Shown: positions 32,562-45,582, counted from the first letter of the stretch. The stretch is DNA of 64,000 nucleotides from Candidatus Krumholzibacteriia bacterium (GCA_963836185.1 CAWIIQ010000001.1:2240001-2304000); one strand, 5' to 3'. Notes: generated by a model from the sequence alone, not told the origin. Numbers and translations are program-made.

Positions 32562-35500
32562 CTGTCCTCCAGGGTATCCCTTATCTTGTCGGCAAGTTCC
32601 CTGACCGTAAACGGCTTCTGGAGAAACTTGACGCCTTCATCCACGAAGCCCTTGTGTATGATCACATTATCCGTATAGCCTGACATGAAGAGGACCTTCG
32701 CCTGCGGACAGTGTTCTATTACCCGGCGGTGAAGTTCCCTTCCGTTCATACCAGGCATAACCACATCGGTGACAAGAATATCGAGCCCGCTGCCCGCCTT
32801 TTTCGCGATCTCGAGCGCCTCCACCCCTTCAGAAGCACAGTGCACGTCGTATCCGCGTTCTTTCAGTATCCTCTCCACGAGGTTGAGGACGATCCTGTCG
32901 TCTTCTACTACAAGTACGGTCTCACTGCCTCCGGCGGCGATACCGGTCTGTTTCGCTGACTCCTCCCTTACGATCTCCTCGACGGTCGGCGGGAAGAGAA
33001 GCTTGAAGCTCGATCCCTCGCCCGGCTCGCTGTAGACGTAGATGTATCCCCCGTGCTGCTTGACTATCCCGTAGACGACGGCGAGCCCGAGCCCGGTCCC
33101 TTTTCCTCTCTCCTTGGTCGTGAAGAACGGATCGAAGATCTTGTCGACAATACCATCGTCCATACCGGTGCCTGTGTCGGATACCGAAATCTGCACGTAG
33201 TCGCCGGGCTCGAGTATGAAGTGAGGCTTGATCATCCTCTCCTCGATCTCGACGAACTGTGTCTCGATGAACAGCTTGCCGCCTTCAGGCATCGCGTCCA
33301 CCGCGTTTATCGAAAGATTGATCAGCATCATCTCGATCTGCGTCGGATCGGCCTTGATCTTCTTCTCCCCGGGATCGAGGTGAATGGACAGTTCGATGTC
33401 TTCTCTCAGAAGCCTCGCGAGCAGAGGCTGCAGCTCTTCTATGACATCATTCACGTCTACTACGTTAGCCTCGAAGACCTGTTTCCTGCTGAAGGCGAGG
33501 AGCTGCTTCGTCAGCCTCGAGGCCTTGATCCCCGTCCTGTGTATATCATGGACCGTCGTATAGGCCGGATCGTCCTCGCTGATCATACCCAGCACAAGAT
33601 CTGTGCCTCCTATGATCGCGGTGAGGATATTGTTGAAATCGTGGGCGATTCCCCCGGCAAGGGTACCGACCGCTTCCATCTTCTGAGCCTGTTGAAGCTG
33701 TTCCTGCAGTCTTCTGGCCTCTGTGACATCCCGCATCGAACCAACGATCCTCGGCGCTTCCTCGCCCTCGACCGAAATGAGCGTCGCCGTTATCGATACG
33801 GGGTGTACCGTCCCCTCGCTGTCGGCCATATCGACGAAGTAGTTCGTCACGGAACCTTCGTTGCGAAGCGTCTCGGTAAATCTCTTCCTCGCCTCCGGAT
33901 CGACATACATGAAGACAGCGTTCCTGTCGAGGACATCCTTCCTCTTCACCTTGAGGATATCCTCGACGGAAGGGCTTATTTCGATGACTTCCCCGTCGAG
34001 TGTCGATTCGAAGTATATCTCCCTGACATTCTCGAATATCCTCCTGTACCTGCTCTCGCTCTCCCGCAGCGCCTCCTCGGTCCTCTTTCTCTCGGTCACG
34101 TCGAGGAACATCGCAGCCATCTTTCCCGGAGCGGTCTGGAAGGCGTAGACCTCGTATGCGCCTCGGATCCCCTCGAAATCATAGTCGATCTGCTCCATCT
34201 TCCATGGGATTCCATCTCTGGCTACATCCCTGTACCTGTCCGGTACCTCGGTGCCGGCCAGGGGAGGAAAGGCCTCTTCGATGCTTTTGCCCGCGAAGAG
34301 ACTGTTATCTATGCCGAGGATAGTATCAGCGGCTGGATTGGCCCCGATGAATACGAGGTTCCCGTCATCTTCGAGCTGATAGAGATGCATCCCCATCGGC
34401 GAGGCTTCGACGATATTCCTGAACTTCTCTTCCGACTCCATCAGGGCCCGTTCGACGATCTTTCTCTCCGTGATATCGGTGAATACGACGACACCCGCGG
34501 CGATCTTGCCCCGTGCGTCCCTTACAGGCGCCGCGTTCGTCAGGATCCACCTGTCTTCGCCGTCCTGGCGCCTGATGATCGCCTCGATGTTCCGCGAGAT
34601 CTCCCCTTTCATCACAGCTCTTGAAAGGGGAAGGTCCTCTGGTTCAAAGATCGAGCCATCCGGGTGAAACACCTGCCAGTTCGCCGGATGCAGTTCCGCC
34701 GGTATTCCGGTAAGCGCAGCCTTGCTGTCCCCGCGAATACCGAGTGCGGCTGGATTCGCTACCCTGATATTGACGTCCGGAGCGTCGGCGATCAGGATAC
34801 CCGCCGCGCTCTGCTCGATGGCAGCGGTAAGAAGGGACCGCATCCTCTCCAGCGCCTCCTCCGTCTCCTTGCGCTTGGTTATGTCCCTCACGATCGCCTG
34901 AATGAACATCTCGCCCGAAAGCTCGAGGCTGTTGAGGCTTACCTCAGCATCGAACGTGGTCCCGTCGCTTCGTAGATGCTGCCACTCGAATATCTGGAAC
35001 TCTCCCGCGATCGCTGATTCTATCTTCTCGAGCGCCTTCTCCCTGGAATCACGTCCGTCAGGCTGCTGCGGAGGAGAAAATTCGTACGGCGGATGGCCGA
35101 CTATCTCGTCGCGTAAACATCCGAACATCTCGAGCGTCCTGGGATTGCAGTCGATGAACTTGTCTTCCTTCATCAGGAAGATCGCGTCGTTCGCCAGTTC
35201 GAAGAGGAGCCTGTATCTCGTCTCACTCTCGCGCAGCTCGCGCTCCGTCTTCTTTGCCCGGGTGATATCACGCGCGACGGCGAAAACGAGCTCCCCTTCG
35301 GGGATCGGAAACGAGTTCCATTCGATCCATTTATACGAACCGTCGCTGCACCTGTACCTGTTCTCGAATCCCTGGATCTCCTCGCCAGCCGCAAGCCTCT
35401 CACGGGCAGCGATCGTCCGGGTATGATCATCGGGGTGAACAAATTCAAGGGGAGCCTTATCGAGCAGTTCCTCCTCATCCCATCCGAGGGTCCTCTTCCA

Positions 35501-35671
35501 GGCCGGATTGAGGTGAATGAAACGGCCGTCCATACCGGTAACGCAGAGCATGTCTATCGATAGGCCGAAGAAGAGGTCGCGCCAGGCGGAAGTCGATTCA
35601 GTATCACCGGGGCGGCCTTTCAGATCAGCTATCCTCGCCAGAAGGTCTTTTCTCGGTGGTGTTCCCGGCAT
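32558..35671 (-). CDS. Cytoplasmic hybrid histidine kinase (about 5 PAS domains, HisKA, HATPase, REC)
   Basis: Repeated DITxRK PAC ends, [28 protein letters not shown], and receiver VLVVEDD..TDVVMP..FLQKPF. Confidence 0.95.
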   Translation of the reverse strand: MPGTPPRKDLLARIADLKGRPGDTESTSAWRDLFFGLSIDMLCVTGMDGRFIHLNPAWKRTLGWDEEELLDKAPLEFVHPDDHTRTIAARERLAAGEEIQGFENRYRCSDGSYKWIEWNSFPIPEGELVFAVARDITRAKKTERELRESETRYRLLFELANDAIFLMKEDKFIDCNPRTLEMFGCLRDEIVGHPPYEFSPPQQPDGRDSREKALEKIESAIAGEFQIFEWQHLRSDGTTFDAEVSLNSLELSGEMFIQAIVRDITKRKETEEALERMRSLLTAAIEQSAAGILIADAPDVNIRVANPAALGIRGDSKAALTGIPAELHPANWQVFHPDGSIFEPEDLPLSRAVMKGEISRNIEAIIRRQDGEDRWILTNAAPVRDARGKIAAGVVVFTDITERKIVERALMESEEKFRNIVEASPMGMHLYQLEDDGNLVFIGANPAADTILGIDNSLFAGKSIEEAFPPLAGTEVPDRYRDVARDGIPWKMEQIDYDFEGIRGAYEVYAFQTAPGKMAAMFLDVTERKRTEEALRESESRYRRIFENVREIYFESTLDGEVIEISPSVEDILKVKRKDVLDRNAVFMYVDPEARKRFTETLRNEGSVTNYFVDMADSEGTVHPVSITATLISVEGEEAPRIVGSMRDVTEARRLQEQLQQAQKMEAVGTLAGGIAHDFNNILTAIIGGTDLVLGMISEDDPAYTTVHDIHRTGIKASRLTKQLLAFSRKQVFEANVVDVNDVIEELQPLLARLLREDIELSIHLDPGEKKIKADPTQIEMMLINLSINAVDAMPEGGKLFIETQFVEIEERMIKPHFILEPGDYVQISVSDTGTGMDDGIVDKIFDPFFTTKERGKGTGLGLAVVYGIVKQHGGYIYVYSEPGEGSSFKLLFPPTVEEIVREESAKQTGIAAGGSETVLVVEDDRIVLNLVERILKERGYDVHCASEGVEALEIAKKAGSGLDILVTDVVMPGMNGRELHRRVIEHCPQAKVLFMSGYTDNVIIHKGFVDEGVKFLQKPFTVRELADKIRDTLEDR

Positions 35672-35683
35672 CCATCGCTCCCA

Positions 35684-36605
35684 TCAGAAGTAGAAGAAAA
35701 GTTCCAGCATCGATTCGGATCCGCGAAGCCTGTTCCTGGCCGCGAACTGGGAATATGCGCGCCATCTGATCTCGACAGGCTGGTCAGGAACATGAAGGGC
35801 GAGCTCGATACCGGCTGCCATCACGCTGCTCCTTATCCCCTGGTCTTCCGGGGGTACCGCGCTGCCCGAGTTATCCGTCACCTGCCAGACACCGTAACCG
35901 GCAGCTCCGATATCGAAAACATCCCAGAGGCGTTTCCCGAACGCAGCTTCCAGAATAGTGTCATTCCCCGGCCTGATATCCCTTTCCTCGAGCTCCATAT
36001 TGATTTCGTACCGCGCTATCAGCGTACCGGACCATGTGCTGTCCGCGCCTGCATACCCGGTCCCACCCAGTGAGAACAGATGGCTCCAGTGTCCGTTCCC
36101 GACATTATCGACGGCGTCAACGTCGTACCTCCCGACAGGGATGTAGAAGCAATACTCAAACATCCAGTGGAGACGTCCCGATTCCCAGCCGAGTATCAGA
36201 GGGGTCACTCCCGGATCCCCCACTCCGACCGGACCGTCCTGTATGTCGGGGTTCGGGGTATTAAAGTCGGCCTCCGCGAATATAAAATCGAAGGCGAACC
36301 CGTAGTTTCCACCGAGCAGTTTCCTGCCTGTCATGAACCTGTACCTGATACTCCCGAAAAGGACCTCGATATCGGCATTTATACTGCCCGTGCTGCCGTC
36401 ATCCTGCGCATATTCTGAAGTGAAATACATGCCGGTCAGGGTCTTGAAACCGTGGTCCCTGTCCTGCGGCAAAACGGCAGAGTTCATCCCGTTGCTTCCC
36501 GGCTGGTAATGCCCGGACTGGGCCGACACCGCGCCGGCCAGGAAGACCGTAAGGACAGTCGGCCAGGAAAGAAGACTTCAAGTTGTACCTGCAACTGACG
36601 TTCAT
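35684..36605 (-). CDS. SphA / Phenol_MetA_deg-like outer-membrane beta-barrel (frameshift in the signal peptide)
   Basis: GHYQPG N-terminus, G.GD....P.ILGW, PVGRYD..NVG.GHW, WQVTD and an aromatic C-terminus. Confidence 0.72.
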
Positions 36606-36653
36606 CTTTACGATTATATCCAGGGATATCCCGCGGTAAAGGAAAATCAGGGG

Positions 36654-36686
36654 AAAAAAAGGTCGCACCTTCGAAAAGGGCGACCT
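36654..36686 (-). terminator. Intrinsic terminator downstream of the DUF4136 gene
   Basis: AGGTCGC...GCGACCT stem with an A7 run on + (T7 on the minus strand). Confidence 0.7.
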
Positions 36687-36714
36687 AAATATCTCAGCCT
36701 ATGTCACTTCCCGC

Positions 36715-37257
36715 TTACTGAGGCGGGAACTTGGCGAGAAGCTGGTCGACAGCCTTCTGCATGTTCTTATCGGCATCCTCAGGGCTTGACGTTTCCAGAG
36801 AGGGCCTTCTGGGCTGTTCCTCTCCAGACGATGTTCTTCGTCTCGTAGTCGATGAAATCGAGGATCAGCGTTCCCTCTGTATACTGGATGACGTCTACCG
36901 ACTCGCCCCACGGTCCCCAGTACGGCCCGTAGGTGTAGCCCCAGTTCGTCACGTTGACCTTGTCCTGGACACCGGTGTGATACATGATGACGAAGTCGGG
37001 ATCAGTCGTATTGATGGAGTAGCCCTTGGCCTCGAGGTTGCTGTTCACAGCATTCTTGAGCCTGCTGTCAAAAAGGCTGTTATTCGCCTGGCCGCCTGGG
37101 CGCTGCCGCCGGTATTGACCTCGCGCGGCATCCAGGCGAATGTCTGAAGCTTTGAGAAATCTGCAGTGTTGTCATAATCGAATGATGTATTGACCGTTGA
37201 ACACCCTGATATCACCAGGGCCGCGATACCGAGCAGAATAACCGTCGTCCTTTTCAC
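36715..37257 (-). CDS. DUF4136 family lipoprotein (frameshifted)
   Basis: Lipobox ISGC, DYD..ADFS...TFAW, YTEGTLILDFID...IVWRG, ending KFPPQ*. Confidence 0.85.
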
Positions 37258-37427
37258 TTCTGCACCTCCTGCAGATCTTCTACAGTCCATCCTCTGACCT
37301 TTTTGCCGCGGTATATCCCCGGAAAACAGGGTCCGTTGATGTCCTGTCTAATTATCATTGTTTTTAGTAACTTATTATTATAGTAATACTGAAGTCAAGG
37401 AATCCTTTTCTCCTTAACGCAGCCTGA

Positions 37428-38298
37428 ATGGATGAGATGAAGAGATCTTCAGCGTATCTGCTCATACTTGCGCTTGCCGCCATTTCGTGCGGTTCGATCA
37501 ACAACTACCTCGACCCCGAGGGGCCGAGGGTCGACGGGGATTGCGCCGACGGCGCACCCTGCGAGACAGCCCCCGATACGGTCAAGGTGATCTCATACAA
37601 CGTCAAGTTCGGTAAAAAGGTCGACACGGCGATCGAAGAGCTCAGGACCGTCCCGTACCTGAGACTGCGCCGACATCATCCTGCTCCAGGAGATGGACGG
37701 CGAAGGGGTCAAGCTCATCGCCGACAGTCTCGACCTCGAGTACGTCTACTATCCCGCTTCGGTCCACAAGGCTCACGGCAAGGATTTCGGAAACGCGGTC
37801 CTCTCGAGATGGCCGATCGAGGATTTCAGAAAGGTCATCCTTCCGCACTCGAAACCGACCGATGACCAGAGAAGGATCGCGGTGGGCGCCACCGTCATGG
37901 CCGGCGGCCTGAAGATAAGGGTGTTCAGCGTCCACACCGAGACCTTCTGGATGAACTACGACAAGAGGCTCGAGCAGGCCGATTCACTCGTAAGAGCCAT
38001 CTCGAAGGATTACTCGCAAGCCATCATCGCCGGGGATTTCAATACTCCCTTCGGGAGAAATGTGAAGGATATCGAGAATACTTTTGCCGCTTCGGGGTTC
38101 GTCAGGGCGAATTCGGGTGTGGGATGGACCGCAAGGGTCCTGCCCTTCGGGCTGTGGAAGATGGAACTCGATCATATCTTCGTGAAAGGATTCGAGGTAG
38201 TAAGATCGGGCAAGTTCGAGGAAGGAGAGGCGAGCGATCATGTGCCGCTGTGGACGATACTCAGGCCTCTGCCGGCCGATGTCCCCGATGTTCCTTAA
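37428..38298 (+). CDS. Endonuclease/exonuclease/phosphatase (EEP) family lipoprotein (frameshift near 37665)
   Basis: SYNV, ADIILLQEMD, GNAVLSRWPI, IIAGDFN, LDHIF, SDH. Confidence 0.87.
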
Positions 38299-38310
38299 GC
38301 GATCCGCCGG

Positions 38311-39619
38311 CTACCTGACCCGCTCCCTCTGCCGTTCGGCCTTCTCTCCCGTCGCGAAATGGAACCTGTACCAGGGATCACCATCCTGGAATCCGAAATC
38401 CATCCTCACGAGCCCGACGTACGGGACTATCAGCCTCAGCCCCGTTCCGCCGCTCCACAGGAAGTTCGGCTCGAACTCAGCTTCCGTGTTCCATGCGGAT
38501 CCGAAATCGGTGAAAAAGGCGAGCTGCATCCCGAGGGACGCCGTGATCCCGAAATAGCTGAACGGCCTCGGCTGCATGAAGTTCCAGCGGTACTCGACCG
38601 TATTGATGAACTGGTTCTTGCCTACCTTCGTGCCGACGCCATAACCCCTGATCGAGTTGCTCCCCCCGACACCGAATGTCTGCCAGTAAGCTACCTCTTT
38701 GTTTACCGCTCCGCTTGTATTGGTGTAGAGGGAGAAGAAACACAGGGTATGGTCGAGCGCGAGGGGTTGAAAACGCCTCAGGTCGAAGTTGCTCTGCCAG
38801 AAATCGCTGTCGGTGCCGAATAGTCCAGACTTTGCGAGCTCGACGCTCGACCACCAGCCCTCGTGCGGATTCGAATAGAGATCCCTGCTGTCGTACCCGA
38901 CGAAGAGGCTCCCGTATATGACATGATCAGTATTGTCGGATGAGAGGGTCTTGCCGTCCGTATCGCTCTGGATCCCCTGGTAGTACAGACCGGCCGCCGG
39001 CCCTGCCGTACTCGCCGATATATTTTCTCAGCATAGTGTAGACCTCGTCGGCCGTCTCCGTGAAGCCGTGGATCACGTTGTCCCTGTCACGATGATAATA
39101 TTCCGCCTGGTATCCGATGCGGTTACCCGCTACCCACGGATCGCGAAGGTCGATCTCGACGGTGGTCTCCCCGCCGAACCTCGCCACACCGGAGAGGTAT
39201 ATGGCCCTTCCGAGCAGGTTTACCGACTTGAGCCCGCCTCCTATCGAAAGGCCGTTCTCGTCGCTGACAGAGATACTTACAACGGGGAGATAGGCGAATG
39301 TCTCCTTCACCTCGATGAAGACGACCAGCCCGCCGTCATTGTCAAGCGAAGTATATATCTTGACCTCGCTGAAGATCTGAAGCCGGTCGAGGCGCTCGTA
39401 GTCCTTCTGCTCGTTTTCCTTCGTGAACGGCTCGCCGACCTTCGTAGCGAGCTCGCGATCTACGACGTAGGATTTCGTCGTCTCGAGCCCGATGACTCTA
39501 ATGTCGGTAACGATCTGCCCGTAGACGTGCGAGTCATCGGCTTCCTGCGCACGCGTCGATGAAGCTGTGTAAAGGAGCAGAAGGACCACGGGAAGGAAAG
39601 TATGGACCGATCTCCTCAA
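38311..39619 (-). CDS. Omp85 (BamA/TamA-like) outer-membrane protein with one POTRA domain (several frameshifts)
   Basis: Signal peptide; POTRA (I.V.GL.TTK..V.REL..K.GEPF), NLLGR, IRGY, EYR, FTDFG.AW, GTGLR...RMDFG. Confidence 0.8.
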
Positions 39620-39635
39620 GGAATACCTTCCCGCG

Positions 39636-42600
39636 CTACAGCGCCAGTTTGATGTATCTGCTCAGCTTGGCTTTGAATCCGGAAAACGCCGGCATCATCT
39701 CATCGAGGGTCTGGAGATCTTCGACCCATGTCGATATGAGCAGCAGCTCTATCAGGTCGAGGAAAGCGACCGCCGCCCTCAATCCGGAAGTTACGAAAAG
39801 GACCTCTCCGTCCATGATCTTTCCGCGGTAATCCTGGTTCTGGGAACCGATGGTGAGGTACATCGACAGCTTCTCCAGTTCCCCCGGTTCTATAGCCCCG
39901 GCCCATTCCCGTATGAGCTTCCCGCTCCTGCGCGCGAGATGTTCCCTCAGTTCCTTCACGTCGACATAACTGTCCTCGTGAGCAGACTGCTCCGCCCTGG
40001 CGATCAGGTAGTCCCTGAAGAGGGGCCCCCATGCTTCGAGAGGAAGCAGTGTCTCCCCGACCTGCGGAGTATAGAAGAACTGCGCCTTGAGGTGGATCTT
40101 CGGCTTCCTCGCTACAGCATCCGCGGTAAGATGGGTGGTCCTGTATTCCTCTTCCTTCAGCATATCGATCGCTTCCTCGATATACCCCCTGACCGACTCG
40201 TGGGAAGGAAATACCTCGTGTATCCAGTCATACTCGTCCATATGCTTCAGCATCGCTTCTGCCCGTCCGACCTGGTCCTGGACATCTCCGTCGTAATTAT
40301 AGACTCCGAGCCTGAATCGTCCTCCCACCTGCTCGAGTTCTTCGTCGAACACGTCCCTAAGAAGGACAAATCTGGTGAAGAGCTCGTTCGCTCTGGCCAT
40401 CTGCGGGACACCGTCGCTCGGGGCATTGAGTAGCGAAGGAGCGATGACATGTATCCTGCATCCCCTCATCGCCGCGCCGTAAAGCATCGATCCCCAGAAG
40501 GTGCTGTTCCACAGAGAATCGGGGATAAGCATGAATGAACCGGACGGCATCAGGTTGTAGAGGACTCCCTTGACCACGTTATCCCATTTCTGGTTGAACC
40601 CGGTATGATTGTGAAGCTGCATCGATGATGCGTTCCAACCATTCTCCACCAGGGCCTGGACCTTGTCGTCATAGTCGTCAGGCTTCGGCAGGGGCCTCAG
40701 CGGCTCGGGGATCTGATCGACCTTGAATCCCTGCTCGAGAAGGAGGTTCCTCGCCTCGGTCTTCAGATCGAGGACGGCTGGTCCCCTCGCGAGAATCGCC
40801 CTGTCGTCCCAGGTCGCCCCGGCGTAGTGCTCGCCGACACCCATCCCCGTGAACATCCCCTCGCCCCTGCCCGGATCGAGTTCGGTGAGATCGTAGAAGC
40901 TGATCTTCCTGTGGTCCCTGAAGAGGATGTCTGGCACGAAAAAGAGGTACTTGAACATGTTCGCGCTTCTGAACGAGAAGTCGGCGGGATTCGTGATATT
41001 GATATGTACCTTTACGAGGTTTTTGAGCCACTTATCGCCGTATGCCTCACGCCCGGCGCTGAGAGTCTCGGATGAATCGACAGCTGCGCGAAGCTCGTCC
41101 TGGAGACTCAGGATGTTCTCTTCCCATTCCTCGAATCCGTCGGGAAGATCTACCTTCCTGTCTAGAGGATCCTCGAGGAACTCGAGCCAGAGCTTGCCGT
41201 TTCCAGCCTCGAAATAGAACTGGTCGAGGATGACAGTCAGAACAGGCATCTTTCCCGTTCTGTCGAACTCTCTGACATTCTGGATGATCGCCTTGAGGTA
41301 TCCGCCTGTCGACATCCTGTACCCGATCAGGTCCGGGTCACCGAGATTGTTCGTCCCCCTGTAATCGTGGATCCAGAGGACATGATAGTCCTCAGCCGCA
41401 TGGATCATCCTCGCCAGCTCCCACTGGAACTGCTCGTTTATGACATAGTGCAGGTCGTTGCCGGTAGTAAATCCCTTGCCTACCGCCCTCTCGATGATCG
41501 CGTCAAGTTCGGCCCTGGTGTCGTGCTGATCGGTGTCGAACGAATAGTTAAGTGGAAGCCAGACGAGCCTCGAATCCTGCCAGTTCTTTTTCAGAGCCTT
41601 GCGATTAGTTTCGACAATGTCGATAAGCCCGGCGAAGAGATAGTTCAGCGCTTTGTACTCATCTGCGTTGACATCGAAGCGGGGCTGGATCGAATCGGCA
41701 AATTTCTTCTTCGCCTCGATGGCCAGGCCGAGGATCGTCTCGTCTTTCTTCCGTTGTCCCAGCAGCCTGTTATACGGGAGCAGTATCTCGTCGAGGAGCA
41801 CCTCCCTCGCCAGGTCCGCCGTCTCCGATCCAAGTTCTTTGTCACCTCCGCAGGCGATCAAGAAAAGCTTTCTTCAGTTTTCTGTGATATGCGTTGATGA
41901 CAGCGTTGAATGTATGTCCCTCAGGATGATCCTCGTCGGTCGTGTGGAAATATTCTCTTGAATTCAGCGACACCTTCTTCGATCTTCTCTATGTGTTCTT
42001 CTTCTTCGAGATTGAACTCTTCGTCTGAGAAGAAGGTCGTATAGTCCTGGATATCGAAAGCCGGTCCTTCGATCTGTTTGATGGCCGCCGTGAGATCGGC
42101 TGAAGGTGCGAACTCAGGATCCTTCTTCCTGCTTTTTCCAGGAAGAGATACGTGAGCTCGTTTAGGTCTGGTCTTGCCCATCCAGGGCTGGCCGATAGGT
42201 ATGTTGACCCCGAAATTGAATGTATTCTCCCGGCCGGGGAGCCAGTCGACCCGGAAATCCCCACCCTGGCCGAAGAGCCCGCCACGCCTGAGAGGGAACT
42301 GGATCGACCATATCGAGCTCCAGTCCTCTTCTGTTATCGAATAGTCGGCACCGCCAGCGAACATGAAGAATTTCATCTGGCCCATCAGCCTCAGGCCGGC
42401 TGTTCCCTCACCGTTTGACTGGCCGCCATATGCCTCGAAGAGCGCGCCGATTATACCCATGTTGGGATTGAGCAGATCCCTGTAGACGGAGAGATTGAAC
42501 TCCACTCCGCTCTGTGTACCCTCTCCCTCGCCGTCGAGGACATAAGATACGCCGACCCTGGGCATCCATTTCGGCGGGAAGCTCATCGATTTGACCATCT

Positions 42601-42700
42601 CTCCCCTGGCGGGAAGCTCGACAGTCTCAGCGGCCGAGAGACATGGTATCATGAATGTCGCTACTATTATTGTTGCTGTCAGAGAGAGTCGGGTTCGCAT
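39636..42700 (-). CDS. Large exported phospholipase D-superfamily protein (two frameshifts near 41865-41960)
   Basis: HRKISFYD (HxKxxxxD), second-site HLKAQFF and GSQNQDYRG; the N-terminal ORF carries a signal peptide; a bridging frame EYFHTTDEDHPEGHTFNAV joins the two ORFs. Confidence 0.7.
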
Positions 42701-43164
42701 TCCTCTCCTTTGCCGATCGTGTCGGGTGGTGCTGCGGATGCCGTATCAGATAGCGCTGCTGATGCAGTATCGGCTGCTGCTTCCACGGGCGGGTTCCTGT
42801 ACCGTTTCAGTTCGGCCAGAAGCCAGTCCTGCGATGTCATGACGGTACCGTCCTTGAGCCTTATCTGGTACTTCTTGCCGCTCATCATGCTCTTCGTGGC
42901 GCTCTTCTCGATGAAATCCTCGGGCGTCTTTATCTTCTTCTTGTAGTGGTTGTATTTCTTCTCTATATGCTTTTCGGCGTCCTCAGCCGAGTGCTCCTTG
43001 CCGTTCCTGATAAAGACCACATCGGCTGTCCGGACATACTCGAGCAGATGGGCGATCGTCGCGTCGAGGTCCTCCTTGCTTACGTCATCAGCCTTCTTTT
43101 CGGCTGCGGCGTGAACGGATACCAGCATCACCGCAATAGCGGCGACAGTCATAAATACCTTCAT
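42679..43164 (-). CDS. DUF5329 family secreted protein
   Basis: I.HLL.YV....FIRNG..H....A..H...KY, EDFI...ATKS..SG..Y, WL..EL. Confidence 0.85.
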   Translation of the reverse strand: MKVFMTVAAIAVMLVSVHAAAEKKADDVSKEDLDATIAHLLEYVRTADVVFIRNGKEHSAEDAEKHIEKKYNHYKKKIKTPEDFIEKSATKSMMSGKKYQIRLKDGTVMTSQDWLLAELKRYRNPPVEAAADTASAALSDTASAAPPDTIGKGEECEPDSL

Positions 43165-43247
43165 AGTCTTACCACCTTTGATTATCCGTGAGTCTCTACA
43201 CACAGGAATATACCGAATATACTGCAACAGGGGATAATAATTGTCAA

Positions 43248-43688
43248 TTATACTTGGTCGGGGTCGAATTCGGGGTCATCTGTGAGCCTCTTGCCGAAGC
43301 CGATGACATGATCGCTGCTGTATCCTATCTTCTCGTAGAATCTTATGACGTCGAGGTTGCTCTCCCGAATCTGGAGATTGATCTTCGGGCACCCCATCCC
43401 GGTCAGGCCTTCCTCGATCCGTTCCATCATCAGCCGGCCGAGCCCTCTTCGCCTCATACCGGGATCCACGGCGAGATAGTTGATCCATCCCCTGTGGCCC
43501 TCGTACCCACCCATGGCAGTCGCGACGACATTGCCGTCGATGACACCGACAAGGAAGAGCTCGCCCTGCACCTTGAGTTTCCTGTCTATGTCGCAATCGG
43601 GATGGTTCCAGTCCACAAGGAGGCCGCACCTGTGCCACAGCGAGACTACGGCCCTCCTGTCCTGTTCCCTGAATGATCTTATTTCCAT
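43248..43688 (-). CDS. GNAT acetyltransferase (YpeA-like)
   Basis: WN.P..DI.RK, MGGYEGHRGWINYLAV.P, GCPKINLQIR..N...FYEKIGY. Confidence 0.9.
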   Translation of the reverse strand: MEIRSFREQDRRAVVSLWHRCGLLVDWNHPDCDIDRKLKVQGELFLVGVIDGNVVATAMGGYEGHRGWINYLAVDPGMRRRGLGRLMMERIEEGLTGMGCPKINLQIRESNLDVIRFYEKIGYSSDHVIGFGKRLTDDPEFDPDQV

Positions 43689-43704
43689 GACAGCCTGCCG
43701 TTGT

Positions 43705-45582
43705 TCAATGTGGGATGCTGTATGATACCACCGAGCCGCTGGAGAAGGTAGGGATAATCACCCTCTTCCTCTTCCTGTCGTACCCGAAGTTGGCGATATT
43801 GGCTCCGGGTGATGTAGTATCGAGTATCCTCAAGACCTCTCCGCCTGGAGAGATCCGGTACATCCTGCCTTCCCAGTGCGAGACAAGCAGCCCGCCGGAA
43901 CCGTCAGATTCGATTCCATCGATGATGCCGGGGCCCAGCAGCGGCAAAGGTCTTCATAGAGCCGTCAGCTATATCGACAGCCCTGACGGTCCCGTCTCCA
44001 TTACTGCCGATAAAGAGGGTGCCGCCTTCAGCGTGGAGACCGTTCGGCTGGGCGATCTGCCCCGCGGGGATGAATGCCTCGAAAGACTCCTTCCGAGAAA
44101 CTGTAGACTATCCCCAGGCGCGAATCAGATACGAATACCGCTTCCCCGGCTACGGCGATATCGTTGAGAAAACCTGCCGTGAGAAGGGGATGCCGCGCTG
44201 TCACCTCGCCTGTCGCCGTGTCTATCTCTACGAGGGCCTTGCGCTCGACAGCGAGTAGTGTGTTTCCCTTCAAGGCCATTCCAGTCGGGTTCGACAGGCC
44301 CTTCGCCCAGTCCGATATCGACTATCTTTCCTTCAGGAGTAAGTTTCGAGATCGACTGTCTCCCCGCACCGGGAGCGAAATCGAATCGGTCGAAGTTAGA
44401 TACGTATATCATGTCCAGTCCTGGATCGTAGAGCGCTGTCTCCGGTATCCTGAAGTCCCCGTCGGCCTCCCATTCCTTTCTATGCCCTCGCCTGTGTATA
44501 TCGCCTTCCCGTCCTGACCCATGAATCCCCAGCCGCCGAATCCCTCTGCGACCATCATGAGGAGCTCGTTCTCACCCTTCTCGAGAGGGAGATAGAGCGC
44601 ATCGAAGAAACCGGCGATACCGAGAAAAGAGGGATCACGGTACCTGTAGGAAGAGTTGGCGGCAAAAAGCAGCTGCCCGTTGAGAAAGACAGCAGCAGCG
44701 TCACTGTACCCGAACTTCAGTTCCATCGTCTCATCGCCTTCTGACTCGATGACGGTTTTCGCTATCGCTACATCAGGTTCCCTTCCCGAACGCCCGAAGT
44801 ATTTCGCTATATCTACAAGTCCGCTTGCCGCGCACTCGGCGTCGAGCCAGACGACCTCTCCGATATCCTGCTCCCCGGGATGTTTCTCCAGGTCGACATC
44901 ACTCAATCTGTATGGTCCCGCCAGCTTCCACTTCTCTATCACGCCGGGGGGCGGAAAGCTCGCCGGGGGCGATTCGAAGACGAGGCTGTCGTCAGCCCTC
45001 CAGCTGAAATTTGAGAAGTAGGCCGATCCGTCCCGGGGACCGTTCAACCCGATCGTCCCCCTGCTGATACCATGGACGAGCTCATCGACCTCGAGCACCG
45101 GGGTTTCCATGTCGCCGAGAAATACCCTCGCCTGTGTGCCGCTGCACCTCTATGCGCAGGTGGACCCACTCGCCCGAAGGAATCTCACCGGTAGTGGTGA
45201 ATCCGGCACCGTTGTATAGCTGCCAGCCGGCGATCCCGTTTATCACAGGCGTATACTGGTGCACATCGGGGTACTGTCCGCATGTCCTGTGGGGCCTCAT
45301 GTAATAACGCTCGTAATCCCGGGGCGACTGGATCCTGAAATTTATTCCAGGGTAGGACCGCCTCCCGTCGACGGCTACATCGACATCGATCACGCCGTTC
45401 TCGAATTCCACTCCCTTCAGGAATGCGGTACCGACTAGGCATTCCCTTCCGAGGTGCTCTACCACTGTCGCACCCTGCAGTTCCCAGATCTCCGGATCGA
45501 ATCCGGCCGCACTGGCGGAAACGGCCGCGAAAAGAGATAATACGAGGGTAAGGCCGAATGACGATACCAGGATCCTTCTCAT
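43705..45582 (-). CDS. Secreted multidomain protein: DUF1080-like beta-sandwich plus SMP-30-like beta-propeller (several frameshifts)
   Basis: Signal peptide; FENGVIDVD..GINFR..YERYYMRPH; GYSD..VFLNG; IYVSN, PTGMA, FLNDIA, DGIE.DG.G..LVSHWEG. Confidence 0.65.
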
